DNA from: an uncultured delta proteobacterium
Lineage (GTDB): Bacteria > Desulfobacterota > Desulfobacteria > Desulfobacterales > SG8-13
NCBI GenBank assembly: GCA_963728055.1
Contig: CAVSIM010000007.1
Span: 75,540 to 99,539 of the forward strand
Length of the DNA: 24,000 nucleotides
Direction of reading: 5' to 3'
The notes beneath the pieces are model-generated. The model did not search any database, was not told where the DNA came from, and saw only the letters and a list, made by a program, of their open reading frames with translations. Below are positions 14,036 through 22,188 of this stretch, one piece after another (position 1 is the first letter of the stretch; every line of letters starts with the position of its first letter). The position numbers and the translations under genes are program-made.

Positions 14036-15583
14036 TTTCTTTATGTTTTCAGCCGGTTTCCAGACCACCTCGTACAGGTCCTTGCGCCGGCTGTGGATAT
14101 TTTGAACGCTGCCCTGCTGACGCAACTCCTTTAGCAAGTCGAGGTCCAGGTCCACCATCAGCGTCATTTCGGTGTTGGGCGTGGCCTCCGCGGCGATGGC
14201 ATCGTGCGGGAAGGCGAAATCGGAGGGGGTGAATACGGCCGACTGCGAGTACTGGATGTCCATGTTTTCGATTTTCGGCAAATTGCCGACGCTGCCTGAA
14301 ATCGCCACGTAGCATTCGTTTTCGATGGCGCGGGCCTGGGCGCAGCGCCTGATCCGCAGATAAGCATTTTTAGTGTCGGTCAGGTAGGGAACAAATAACA
14401 TGGTCATGCCCTTGTCCACCAGGTGGCGCGCCAGCTCCGGAAACTCGACGTCGTAGCAGATGAGAATGCCGATTTTTCCGATATCGGTATCGAAAATGCG
14501 GTTTTCGTCTCCGCCCTTCATGCCCCAGTAATGGCCTTCGTCGGGGGTGATGTGGATTTTGGATTGGGCGTCCCAAGTGCCGTCGCGCCGGCACAGGAAA
14601 GACACGTTGTACAGAAAATCGTCTTTTAACAGCGGCAGGCTGCCGGCAATGATGTTGATGTTGTAGGAAAGGGCCAGGTTGACGAAGGCCGTGCGGATTT
14701 CTTCCGAATATTCCGAAAGGGAGCGCATGGCTTCGGCCGGATTTTCCTGGTTGAAATTTTTAAGGAGCGGCGCGTTGAAAAGCTCGGGAAACAGGATCAG
14801 GTCCGAGTGGTAACCCGCCACGGCATCGACGAAAAACTCGACCTGGTGCAGAAATTCATCGACGGTGTTGAAGGGGCGCATCTGCCACTGAACAATGCCG
14901 ATGCGCGGGTAGGCCTTGCGGCCGCCGAAGAGTTTTTTCTTCTTTTCATAATAGACATTGTTCCACTCCATCAGCACGCCGTATGAATCGGAGCGGGAAT
15001 CTTCCGGGATGTAATTCTTCAAAATTTTCTTGATGTGAAAATCATTGGCAAGCTGAAACGACAGAACCGGATCGTAGATTTCGGTGGCCTTGACCTTCTG
15101 GATATAGGCCGCCGGCGACAGGGTATCCGCATATTTCCCGTAGCCGGGAATGCGGCCGCCGAAGATGATGCTTTTCAGGTTCAGCGTTTCGCACAATTCC
15201 TTGCGGGCGTCGTAAAGACGCCGCCCCAGGCGCAGGCCCCGATACTCCGGGTCGACGAAAACATCGATCCCATACAGCGCATTGCCATCCGGATCGTGTC
15301 CGGTCATCCTGCCGCCATCCACCAGGTCATCGTATGAGTGCCGGGTCTCGAATTCCTCGGCGTTGACGATGATGGCCAGCGCCGCGGCGACGACCGTGCC
15401 GTTATCCTCGATGCAGATCTGGCCTTCGGGAAAATTATCGATCAGGGCATCGATTTCGCCCGGTTTCCAGGCGCCGCCCATTTCCGAATAGACCTTGTCC
15501 ATAATGCGCTTGATGTGCGGGTAGTCGGCCCGCGCCAGACCCCTGATTTTCAGCTTGAATTCCGCCTGGTCGGTGTCGGTCAT
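14024..15583 (-). CDS. bifunctional GNAT N-acetyltransferase / carbon-nitrogen hydrolase (nitrilase superfamily) protein
   Basis: The N-terminal GNAT domain shows GIDVFVDPEYRGLRLGRRLY. The C-terminal CN-hydrolase domain has Glu in LILFPELF and the Cys elbow GILICYDVEFPE. The SD AGAGG precedes the ATG at 15583. Confidence 0.88.
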   Translation of the reverse strand: MTDTDQAEFKLKIRGLARADYPHIKRIMDKVYSEMGGAWKPGEIDALIDNFPEGQICIEDNGTVVAAALAIIVNAEEFETRHSYDDLVDGGRMTGHDPDGNALYGIDVFVDPEYRGLRLGRRLYDARKELCETLNLKSIIFGGRIPGYGKYADTLSPAAYIQKVKATEIYDPVLSFQLANDFHIKKILKNYIPEDSRSDSYGVLMEWNNVYYEKKKKLFGGRKAYPRIGIVQWQMRPFNTVDEFLHQVEFFVDAVAGYHSDLILFPELFNAPLLKNFNQENPAEAMRSLSEYSEEIRTAFVNLALSYNINIIAGSLPLLKDDFLYNVSFLCRRDGTWDAQSKIHITPDEGHYWGMKGGDENRIFDTDIGKIGILICYDVEFPELARHLVDKGMTMLFVPYLTDTKNAYLRIRRCAQARAIENECYVAISGSVGNLPKIENMDIQYSQSAVFTPSDFAFPHDAIAAEATPNTEMTLMVDLDLDLLKELRQQGSVQNIHSRRKDLYEVVWKPAENIKKLTV

Positions 15584-15605
15584 AAACGCCTCTTTTGCAT
15601 GGTAC

Positions 15606-15705
15606 AGGCTTTAAGATAAAGGTTTTGGCTGTGTTATCGGTCGGCGGCGGATGACCTATACAGCCGCCTCCCTCTGGTCTTGCCAAAATCTTTATCCTAA
15701 AGCCT
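15606..15705. repeat. 100-nt element closed by a 24-bp inverted repeat (structured RNA or MITE-like)
   Basis: 15606-15629 pairs with 15682-15705 with one mismatch and one G-T pair. The enclosed 52 nt contains a further ggcggc/gccgcc hairpin. It sits in the 140-nt gap between the sensor kinase stop and the hydrolase start. Confidence 0.6.
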
Positions 15706-15723
15706 ATGTTTGACTTTAACCGC

Positions 15724-17556
15724 TTACGCTTGAGCGGCGGGGCCCGGGCCCGGAGCGGTGGAAGAGTGTGGGGTCGCCGCCGGCGGGTGGGCGGCGGTCT
15801 TGGGTATCGATGCCGTCAGCAGGGTCCCCTTTCCGGGTACGGATTTAACGGCAAAGCTACCGTTGCAGATCTCGATCCGTTCCTTCATCCCGTGCATCCC
15901 ATAGCCCTGCAAGGGCTGAGTCACATCGAGAACGCCTGTCACCTCGAATCCGCAGCCGTTGTCTTCGATCCGCAGCACAACGGCCGCGGCCGTTTCGAAA
16001 AGCTCGACTTCGGCGCGCACGGCGCCGCTGTGCTTGCCGATGTTGTTCATCGCTTCCTGGACGATGCGATATAGGATCGTCTGGACGTCTTTGGGGATCG
16101 CGTTTTCGGTGAGCTCGATGCGGGAGATAACCTCGATCTGCGGGTAAAACTCCCTGAAATGGCGGAACTGTTCCATGAGTGCCGCGGACAGGCCGAAATC
16201 ATCGAGGGTCAGTGGGCGCATCTGGTAGGAAATGCGCCGGCTTTCCTTAATGGTGTCGGTCAAATGGCCGATAATTTTTTCGAGAAAATCACGGCTCTCG
16301 GCCGGCGAACGGTCAGGTGCGATCAATCTGATTTCCAGCAGCATCTTGATGGCCGCCAGACTGCCGCCGATGCTGTCATGAATATCCTTGGAAAGCGCCC
16401 GGCGGTCGTTCTCCATGGCATTGATGGTATGCTGCGCCATCTGTTTGATCAGCAGGTTCAACGCCCCCAACTGCTGGTACTGCTTTTCGATCTCGGCCGT
16501 GCGGTTTTTGACCTCCGACTCGAGGCGCTGATTGTATTGGCGCCGCATCTCTTCGGCCTGCTTGCGCTCGGAATTGTCGCGCCAGGCGACGATGCCGCCG
16601 ACAACGGCCCCGGCGGCGTCCCGAATCGGGCCGGCCGTGCACAAGAGCTGCAGGTTCCTGCCGTGCGCGTCGATCTGGACGATCTCGGCCTCCTTGACGA
16701 CTTCTCCGTTTCTGATAGCCCGCACCAGCGGCAGGTCTTCATCGGCCATCGGGGTTTTGCCGTCGGCATGATATACCGCCCACTTTGCGGTCACATCCGC
16801 GACGGTCATGTCCGCTTGCGCACCGCCGACCAGCTGCTCGCCGTAGCGGCTGACCCGCGTCAGGTTCAGCGCGCTGTCGGCCATCGTGATCCCTTCGGGC
16901 ACATACTCCATCAGGGCCCGCAGGGTCCGATCGCTCTCTTCGGTCCGGGCCAGCGCCTGGCGCAGGCGTTGCTGAGTTTGGATGATTTGGCGGCCGGTAA
17001 AAAATAAAATGGCGGCATTGGCGAGCAGGAGCGCGAAGATCAGGGCCAGAACCAGGATGCCGGCATTGCGCTGCGCGGCCGCGATTCGAAACTGGCTGAT
17101 CTCCATGAGCCGGTGGGTGTCGTCGGCGATAAATTGGTTCTTCATCCAGAGCTGTGAGATAAGAACATTGGTGCGTTCGGCGCCCGTGCCGTCTTCCGGC
17201 GCCGGTGACATCGAAATCAGCTTTTCGAGCGCGTAGCCAAGTTCGCGGTAGTTTTGCCTAATCTGCTGCACCAGGGCCTTTTCACGGACATTTACTGCAT
17301 GCAAGGAGCCGAGGAGGTTCTCGAGTGACCCCCGGATCGAGGCGATCTGACGGATGGCACCCGGGTCCGGCCGGTTCCGCAGGCTTGCGGTCGACAGGTT
17401 CAAGGCGTAGGTCTTGGACATAATATTTTCGTAAACGCGGCTGCGGGCGGTTTCATTTTCCATGTTGCGGATGACATAAAAGACAATCAGGACAACCACC
17501 GCGGAAACCGCCATGGACAGGGTGAACCCCAGCAGGAATATTTTCTGTACTTTCAT
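15724..17556 (-). CDS. sensor histidine kinase (two TM helices flanking a periplasmic helical sensor, PAS, HisKA_3 dimerisation domain, HATPase_c)
   Basis: The H-box is LSKDIHDSIGGSLAAIK (NarX/DesK-type HisKA_3), the N-box is IVQEAMNNIGKHS, and the G-box is DNGCGF ... GYGMHGMKER. The PAS-like segment is EYVPEGITMAD...GGIVAWRD. Confidence 0.92.
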   Translation of the reverse strand: MKVQKIFLLGFTLSMAVSAVVVLIVFYVIRNMENETARSRVYENIMSKTYALNLSTASLRNRPDPGAIRQIASIRGSLENLLGSLHAVNVREKALVQQIRQNYRELGYALEKLISMSPAPEDGTGAERTNVLISQLWMKNQFIADDTHRLMEISQFRIAAAQRNAGILVLALIFALLLANAAILFFTGRQIIQTQQRLRQALARTEESDRTLRALMEYVPEGITMADSALNLTRVSRYGEQLVGGAQADMTVADVTAKWAVYHADGKTPMADEDLPLVRAIRNGEVVKEAEIVQIDAHGRNLQLLCTAGPIRDAAGAVVGGIVAWRDNSERKQAEEMRRQYNQRLESEVKNRTAEIEKQYQQLGALNLLIKQMAQHTINAMENDRRALSKDIHDSIGGSLAAIKMLLEIRLIAPDRSPAESRDFLEKIIGHLTDTIKESRRISYQMRPLTLDDFGLSAALMEQFRHFREFYPQIEVISRIELTENAIPKDVQTILYRIVQEAMNNIGKHSGAVRAEVELFETAAAVVLRIEDNGCGFEVTGVLDVTQPLQGYGMHGMKERIEICNGSFAVKSVPGKGTLLTASIPKTAAHPPAATPHSSTAPGPGPAAQA

Positions 17557-17562
17557 GGGAGC

Positions 17563-18564
17563 CTATTTGAAAACGGTGACCTTCCTTGGCGCCACCTCAT
17601 CCAGAATGCCGGTGTATAGGAAATCCATAACATCGACCGGGGTTTCGGAATGGCCTTGTTTTCTCTTTTCCCATCGGAAATAGTTCTGCAGCGACGTGAC
17701 GATGGATTGGCCGAATGAAACACTCACCCTGGTTCTCGTCCATGAATCCTGCAGAAAGTCGGGCTTGAAATCCCATTGGCGGACCAGAATCCGCCGGGCT
17801 TCTTCCCCATCGGCCCGCACGAAGTCCTCGGCCGTTATGAGCGCCTTGACGAGCCGTTTCAGCGGTTCCGGGGAACGGGTGACCTCGGCGGTGGTGGCCA
17901 GGAGCCAGTGGTAGTCGAGATTGTTCTGGCTTTCCCATACAACGGCGTTTTCTCCCAGGCGCTGCGTTGCCTCGAACGCGAATATCTCAAATGCCGACAC
18001 CGCGTCCACCTCCCCGTTGACCACGATCTCGGTTTGCCGATTCGCCGGAACATTCACGCGCAGAACATCTTCCGGGGCGATGTTTTCCGTCAGGAGGAAG
18101 GCGTAAAGAAAATAGTCGCTGACCGTGTCGGCGGTGAAGCCGACTTTTTTGCCGCGCAGGTCGGCGGGATTCCGGATGTCTCTGTCCCGGCGGGCGACAA
18201 TCCGACTGCCGTTCGTAGTGGCGATAGACGCCAGAACACGCAGGGAGGGTGTTTCGATGGCTTGCGCGGCAAAGGCGATATCCGCCACAGTGGCCACCTG
18301 GGCCTCCCCGCGGGCCACCGCTTCGAGGGCCTGCCGTCCGGAAGGATAGAGTTTGATCGACGCGTCCAGGCCCGCCGCAGTAAAATATCCTTTTGTGTCG
18401 GCTATGGCGATAAGCACGGAGTAGGTTGCCGGCGACACGGCCAGGGTCAGTTTTTGTTGCGGACCTTCGGGGTCCGATCCGGCCCCGGGCTGGCAGCCCC
18501 ATAAAAAAAGCAGCACCACCAGCAGGCCATTTAATCTCCAATTCCTTGGCGGTGAACTTGTCAT
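17563..18564 (-). CDS. periplasmic solute-binding lipoprotein, NMT1/THI5-like (NitT/TauT-type ABC substrate-binding fold)
   Basis: LTLAVSPATYSVLIAIADTKGYFTAAGLDASIKLYPSGRQALEAVARGEAQVATVADI is typical of NMT1-like SBPs. ATG 18564 follows GGAAGGAAAA, and a signal peptide ends in the lipobox-like FLWGC. Its stop is 6 nt before the kinase ATG. Confidence 0.85.
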   Translation of the reverse strand: MTSSPPRNWRLNGLLVVLLFLWGCQPGAGSDPEGPQQKLTLAVSPATYSVLIAIADTKGYFTAAGLDASIKLYPSGRQALEAVARGEAQVATVADIAFAAQAIETPSLRVLASIATTNGSRIVARRDRDIRNPADLRGKKVGFTADTVSDYFLYAFLLTENIAPEDVLRVNVPANRQTEIVVNGEVDAVSAFEIFAFEATQRLGENAVVWESQNNLDYHWLLATTAEVTRSPEPLKRLVKALITAEDFVRADGEEARRILVRQWDFKPDFLQDSWTRTRVSVSFGQSIVTSLQNYFRWEKRKQGHSETPVDVMDFLYTGILDEVAPRKVTVFK

Positions 18565-18982
18565 CGGTTTTCCTTCCAGGCGAATCGAATCATAAATTCC
18601 GGCACCGGCGTGATGCCTGAACATTATCACGTTTTGATAGAAAAGAAGACGGGACAGTGATGTATTCATTTTTCCGTCATACAAAGCCATTACCGCTGAA
18701 ACCAACAGTACTCATAGCACGACTTCGTGAGGAAATTAAAGCGGTATTGACGGGCCGTCATCGGCCGGTGAGATCGGAATTGCGGCGTTGCGGGGACACG
18801 TCGATTTTGGGGGCCGGCGGTAAAAAAATCCGGGCATCCGCCATACCGTTTTGGCGGTGAGCCGGGCGGCTGTTGCCATTCGCTTCGGCTTTTGATAACA
18901 GGATCGAGCAGCCCGGCGGCCGTATGACCGGTCGTGGGGCGATGCACTCCCAATGGGTGAACCCTCGCGGAGGAAAACCGGC

Positions 18983-20254
18983 ATGAAGGTTATCGTCGTG
19001 GGCGGCGGCTGGGCCGGGTGTGCCTGTGCGCTGGCGGCCCGCAAAAAAGGCGCGCAGGCCGTTTTGCTGGAGCGGATGGACATGCTCCTGGGCACGGGGC
19101 TGGTGGGCGGCATCATGCGCAACAACGGCCGCTTCACCGCCGCCGAGGAACTGCTGGCGATGGGCGGCGGCGAGCTGTTTCAGCTGACCGACGCGAATTC
19201 CCTGCACCGCCGCATCGATTTCCCGGGCCACCGGCACGCCTCGATTTACAATGTCGCGACCATGGAGCCGATCGTCAAACGGTTTCTGATCGAAAAAGGC
19301 GTGGACCTGCGCCTGTCGTCCCGCATCACCGACGTCGAAATGGAGGGCGACTGTATCCGCTCCATCTCCTGGAAGAAGGACGGGGAGATCCAGCGCCTGG
19401 CCGGCGACGTGTTTGTCGACACCACCGGCACGGCCGGTCCGCCGGCCAACTGCAATAAATACGGCAACGGTTGCGCGATGTGCGTCCTGCGCTGCCATTC
19501 CTTCGGCGGCCGGGTGAGCCTGGCGGCCAAGGCGGGTGTCAAGGAGATGATCGGCCGCAAGGGCGACCAGACAGGGGCCATGAGCGGCTCGTGCAAGCTG
19601 CTCAAGGAATCGCTTGCATCGGAGTTGCGCGATCTGCTGGACAAGACCGGCGTGGCGGTGGTCCCGATTCCCAAATCGAAGGTGCTGCGGGGCAAGCTGG
19701 CCATCAAGGCCTGCCAGCAGTATGCCCTGACCGAATTCGAGGAAAACGTGGTGCTGCTCGACACTGGCCATGCCAAGCTGATGACGCCTTTTTTCCCGCT
19801 GGAGGCCCTGCGGGAAATTCCCGGTTTCGAAAATGCGCGTTACGAAGACCCCTATGCCGGCGGCCTGGGCAATTCGATGCGCTACTTCGCCATGGCGCCG
19901 CGCGACGACGCCCTGAAGGTGGAGGGGGTGGTGAATCTCTTTTGCGCCGGGGAGAAGGCCGGCCTGCTGGTGGGCCACACCGAGGCGATCTGCACCGGAA
20001 CCCTGGCGGGCTGCAACGCCGTGCGCCACGTTCGGCGCGAAGAGCCGCTGGTGTTGCCCGAGCAGCTGGCGATCGGCACCGCGGTTCGCATGGTGCGCCG
20101 GAAAATGAGGGCCGACGGCGAACTGGGCCTCAAATTCACTTTTTCAGGGTCCGTACTCTTCGATCATATGCGGCAGCAAGGGCTCTATTCGACCGATGCG
20201 CTCGCCATCGCCGAAAGGGTGGATGCTGCCGGCCTGACCGGGGTATTTGAATGA
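18983..20254 (+). CDS. FAD-dependent oxidoreductase, GidA/TrmFO-like fold
   Basis: It has the dinucleotide-binding start MKVIVVGGGWAGCACALAARKKG, a C-terminal FCAGEKAGLLVGHTEAICTGTLAGCNA resembling the GidA/TrmFO signature, and the Cys cluster CNKYGNGCAMCVLRC. ATG 18983 follows GGAGGA. Confidence 0.8.
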   Translation: MKVIVVGGGWAGCACALAARKKGAQAVLLERMDMLLGTGLVGGIMRNNGRFTAAEELLAMGGGELFQLTDANSLHRRIDFPGHRHASIYNVATMEPIVKRFLIEKGVDLRLSSRITDVEMEGDCIRSISWKKDGEIQRLAGDVFVDTTGTAGPPANCNKYGNGCAMCVLRCHSFGGRVSLAAKAGVKEMIGRKGDQTGAMSGSCKLLKESLASELRDLLDKTGVAVVPIPKSKVLRGKLAIKACQQYALTEFEENVVLLDTGHAKLMTPFFPLEALREIPGFENARYEDPYAGGLGNSMRYFAMAPRDDALKVEGVVNLFCAGEKAGLLVGHTEAICTGTLAGCNAVRHVRREEPLVLPEQLAIGTAVRMVRRKMRADGELGLKFTFSGSVLFDHMRQQGLYSTDALAIAERVDAAGLTGVFE

Positions 20255-20387
20255 GCGTATCGCGGGGTGCGAGGGGAGATGCGGGTTTCATGTGGATTTG
20301 GCTTTTGCTGTTTCGTGTTCGGAATGAGCGACAATACGGCATCTAATTTTTTTTAAGCGTTGGCTTTCCTTCTTGCGAGTTTCGTAG

Positions 20388-20407
20388 GGGCGAAAAATTT
20401 TTCGCCC
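20388..20407. repeat. perfect 20-nt palindrome GGGCGAAAAATTTTTCGCCC (GTAGGGG-type intergenic repeat)
   Basis: It is read directly from the sequence and preceded by cgtag. It belongs to the same GTAGG-palindrome theme as the units at 4102-4349. Confidence 0.75.
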
Positions 20408-20444
20408 TCGCCGGGAATCCTGAACCGAATCCGGTGTCGATCCC

Positions 20445-20472
20445 GCAGGGGCACGGCATGCCGTGTCCCTGC
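20445..20472. repeat. 28-nt near-perfect palindrome GCAGGGGCACGGCATGCCGTGTCCCTGC
   Basis: All positions pair except one G-T. It lies about 40 nt upstream of the permease ATG. Confidence 0.75.
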
Positions 20473-20514
20473 AATTCCAGTATCAAGTTTCAAGTCTAAA
20501 ATCAGGAGGGCTAT

Positions 20515-21909
20515 ATGGTGGAGTTAACTGCTGCTCACTGGGTGTACCTGCTGGGAATCATCGTGGTGCTGGTCACGATGGCGCTGCGCCGGGAGACGCC
20601 GCTGGTGTGCACGGTGGCGGCTTTCGTATTGGCCTGGGTCATCACCGGCGATCTGATCAAGGCCGTTCAGTCGGTCTTTAACGCCATTCAGGTGGCTTAC
20701 GGCGAACTGCTGGGCATCGTTCTCATTATTTCGATCATCGTGTCCCTGGCGCGGATGCTGGAAGAGACCGGCATTGCCGACACCATGTTCAATCCCGTCC
20801 GCAAGCTGCTGAAGTCGCCCGCCATCGCCTTTTGGGTCATGGGCATCGTCATCACGCTTGCGGCCTGGTTCATCTGGCCTTCGCCGGCTATCGCCCTGGT
20901 GGGCGCCCTGCTCCTGCCGGCGGCCATCGAGGTGGGCCTGCCGCCCATCTGCGCCGCCATGTCGATCAGCATGTTCGGCTACGGCATCGCCCTGACCACC
21001 GATTTCGTGATCCAGGGCGCCCCCAGCATCGCCGCCAAGGCCGCGGGCCTGACGGTCGGGGCGGTGATGGTGAAAAGCGTACCGCTGGTGATCGCCTTCG
21101 CGGTGGTGGCGCTGCCGCTTTCCTTTCTGGCGGTGCGCCGGGAAATCCGGGCCACCGCCGGCCAGCCCGTCACCTGGGAACCCTTCGAGTGCACGCCGGA
21201 GGAAAAGTGCGAGATCGACCGCTGGTCGGCCGCCGCGCCGGGCTTCAAGACCTTTGCCATCTGGATGATCGGGCTACTGTTCCTGCTGGACCTGGTCGCC
21301 ATGCTGGCTTTTGAAATCAGGGGCGGGGACGCCACCGCCCTGCTCGGCGGCACCGTGGCGCTGATCATGGTCATCGTCGCCGTCGGCGTCTACGGTAAAA
21401 AAAGCTTCGAAAAGCTGACCGACCACGGGCGCTCCGGCTTCATGTACGGCGTGCGCATCTTCACGCCGGTCTTTTTCATCGCGGCTTTCTTCTTCATGGG
21501 GTCCCCCGGCACGGCGCCCGCCATTTTCGGGGAGGGCGCCCGGGGACTGCTCTTCGATCTGGGCCAGGCGTTTGCCGCCGTGGTACCCGTCGGGCGGGTG
21601 ACGGCCGCCGTGACCCAGGCGGTCGTGGGCGGCATCACCGGCCTGGACGGATCGGGCTTCTCGGGCCTGCCGCTGATCGGTTCGCTCACACAGGTGCTGG
21701 GCGCGCCGGCCAACCTCGATCTGGCGACCCTGACGGCCCTGGGGCAGTTTTTCTGCATCGCGGTCGGCGGCGGCTGCATCGTGCCGTGGGCCGTGATTCC
21801 GGCGGCGGCCATCACCGGCACGGACCCGGTCGAAGTCGCCCGCCGCAACCTGGTGCCGACCCTGCTCGGGCTGACGGCCGTTCTGATCGTCGCAGTCTTC
21901 ATGCTCTGA
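20515..21909 (+). CDS. polytopic membrane permease of the ion-transporter superfamily (NhaC / GntP / DcuC-like)
   Basis: It is a 464-aa protein that is hydrophobic throughout with more than 10 predicted TM segments. AGGAGGG SD precedes ATG 20515. The family assignment rests only on overall resemblance. Confidence 0.75.
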   Translation: MVELTAAHWVYLLGIIVVLVTMALRRETPLVCTVAAFVLAWVITGDLIKAVQSVFNAIQVAYGELLGIVLIISIIVSLARMLEETGIADTMFNPVRKLLKSPAIAFWVMGIVITLAAWFIWPSPAIALVGALLLPAAIEVGLPPICAAMSISMFGYGIALTTDFVIQGAPSIAAKAAGLTVGAVMVKSVPLVIAFAVVALPLSFLAVRREIRATAGQPVTWEPFECTPEEKCEIDRWSAAAPGFKTFAIWMIGLLFLLDLVAMLAFEIRGGDATALLGGTVALIMVIVAVGVYGKKSFEKLTDHGRSGFMYGVRIFTPVFFIAAFFFMGSPGTAPAIFGEGARGLLFDLGQAFAAVVPVGRVTAAVTQAVVGGITGLDGSGFSGLPLIGSLTQVLGAPANLDLATLTALGQFFCIAVGGGCIVPWAVIPAAAITGTDPVEVARRNLVPTLLGLTAVLIVAVFML

Positions 21910-21951
21910 CAAAAGCCGGTCACAGTTGTGATTCTATCGGCAGCAGGCTCA

Positions 21952-22188
21952 TCAAGCCGACACCGAATCGCCGCCAGTAACCAGTGTGGGGTTAGTATCG
22001 AAAACGACCGGTTTCCCGTCCTGAATGCCGTGCCAGAGGATGTGGCTGGTACCGTTTTTGTCCTTTTCGAGCACGAAAGTGGTTTTGATCGTCGCGATCT
22101 TCATTGATGAAATGGACACGTCACCGTGCCAGAAAAATTGCGGATGGGCACGAGCTGACGGGTGACAAACAGGCCAGGTGGGGATCAT
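21952..22188 (-). CDS. small hypothetical protein (50-78 aa) with duplicated WHG motif
   Basis: It is the only ORF filling the 277-bp gap between two plus-strand transporter genes. The sequence is FFWHGDVSISSMKIATIKTTFVLEKDKNGTSHILWHGIQDG. There is no clear SD, and the start is ambiguous (22188 or 22104). Confidence 0.3.
   Translation of the reverse strand: MIPTWPVCHPSARAHPQFFWHGDVSISSMKIATIKTTFVLEKDKNGTSHILWHGIQDGKPVVFDTNPTLVTGGDSVSA

Noticed and set aside
18740-18982. Assignment of the leader to the FMN, cobalamin, ZTP or guanidine-I riboswitch classes
   Set aside because: There are only short partial resemblances. Defining cores are absent or wrongly spaced: the GGGTGAAATTCCC...CCGACGGT pairs of RFN, the B12 box, CCGCCTGGGC of ZTP, and CTAGGGTTCCG/GGTCCGAGAG of ykkC. 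It is kept only as an unassigned structured leader.
18758-20029. 423-aa minus-strand ORF, and similar long ORFs at 2695-3771(-), 5230-5778(-), 7076-7762(+), 16159-17007(+), 17776-18504(+), 19471-20250(+), 21274-21912(-), 22121-22939(-) and 22162-23520(+)
   Set aside because: All lie antisense to, or out of frame with, genes that have clear family signatures. Their translations are Arg/Gly/Pro/Ala/His-rich low-complexity strings typical of shadow ORFs in GC-rich DNA.
327-22156. Idea that selC marks a genomic island bounded by the 17-nt direct repeats (732-748 and 22140-22156)
   Set aside because: The repeat is not derived from the tRNA 3' end, which faces the opposite direction toward coordinate 1. 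No integrase or excisionase is present. The enclosed genes include core housekeeping functions (lepB, pgpA).
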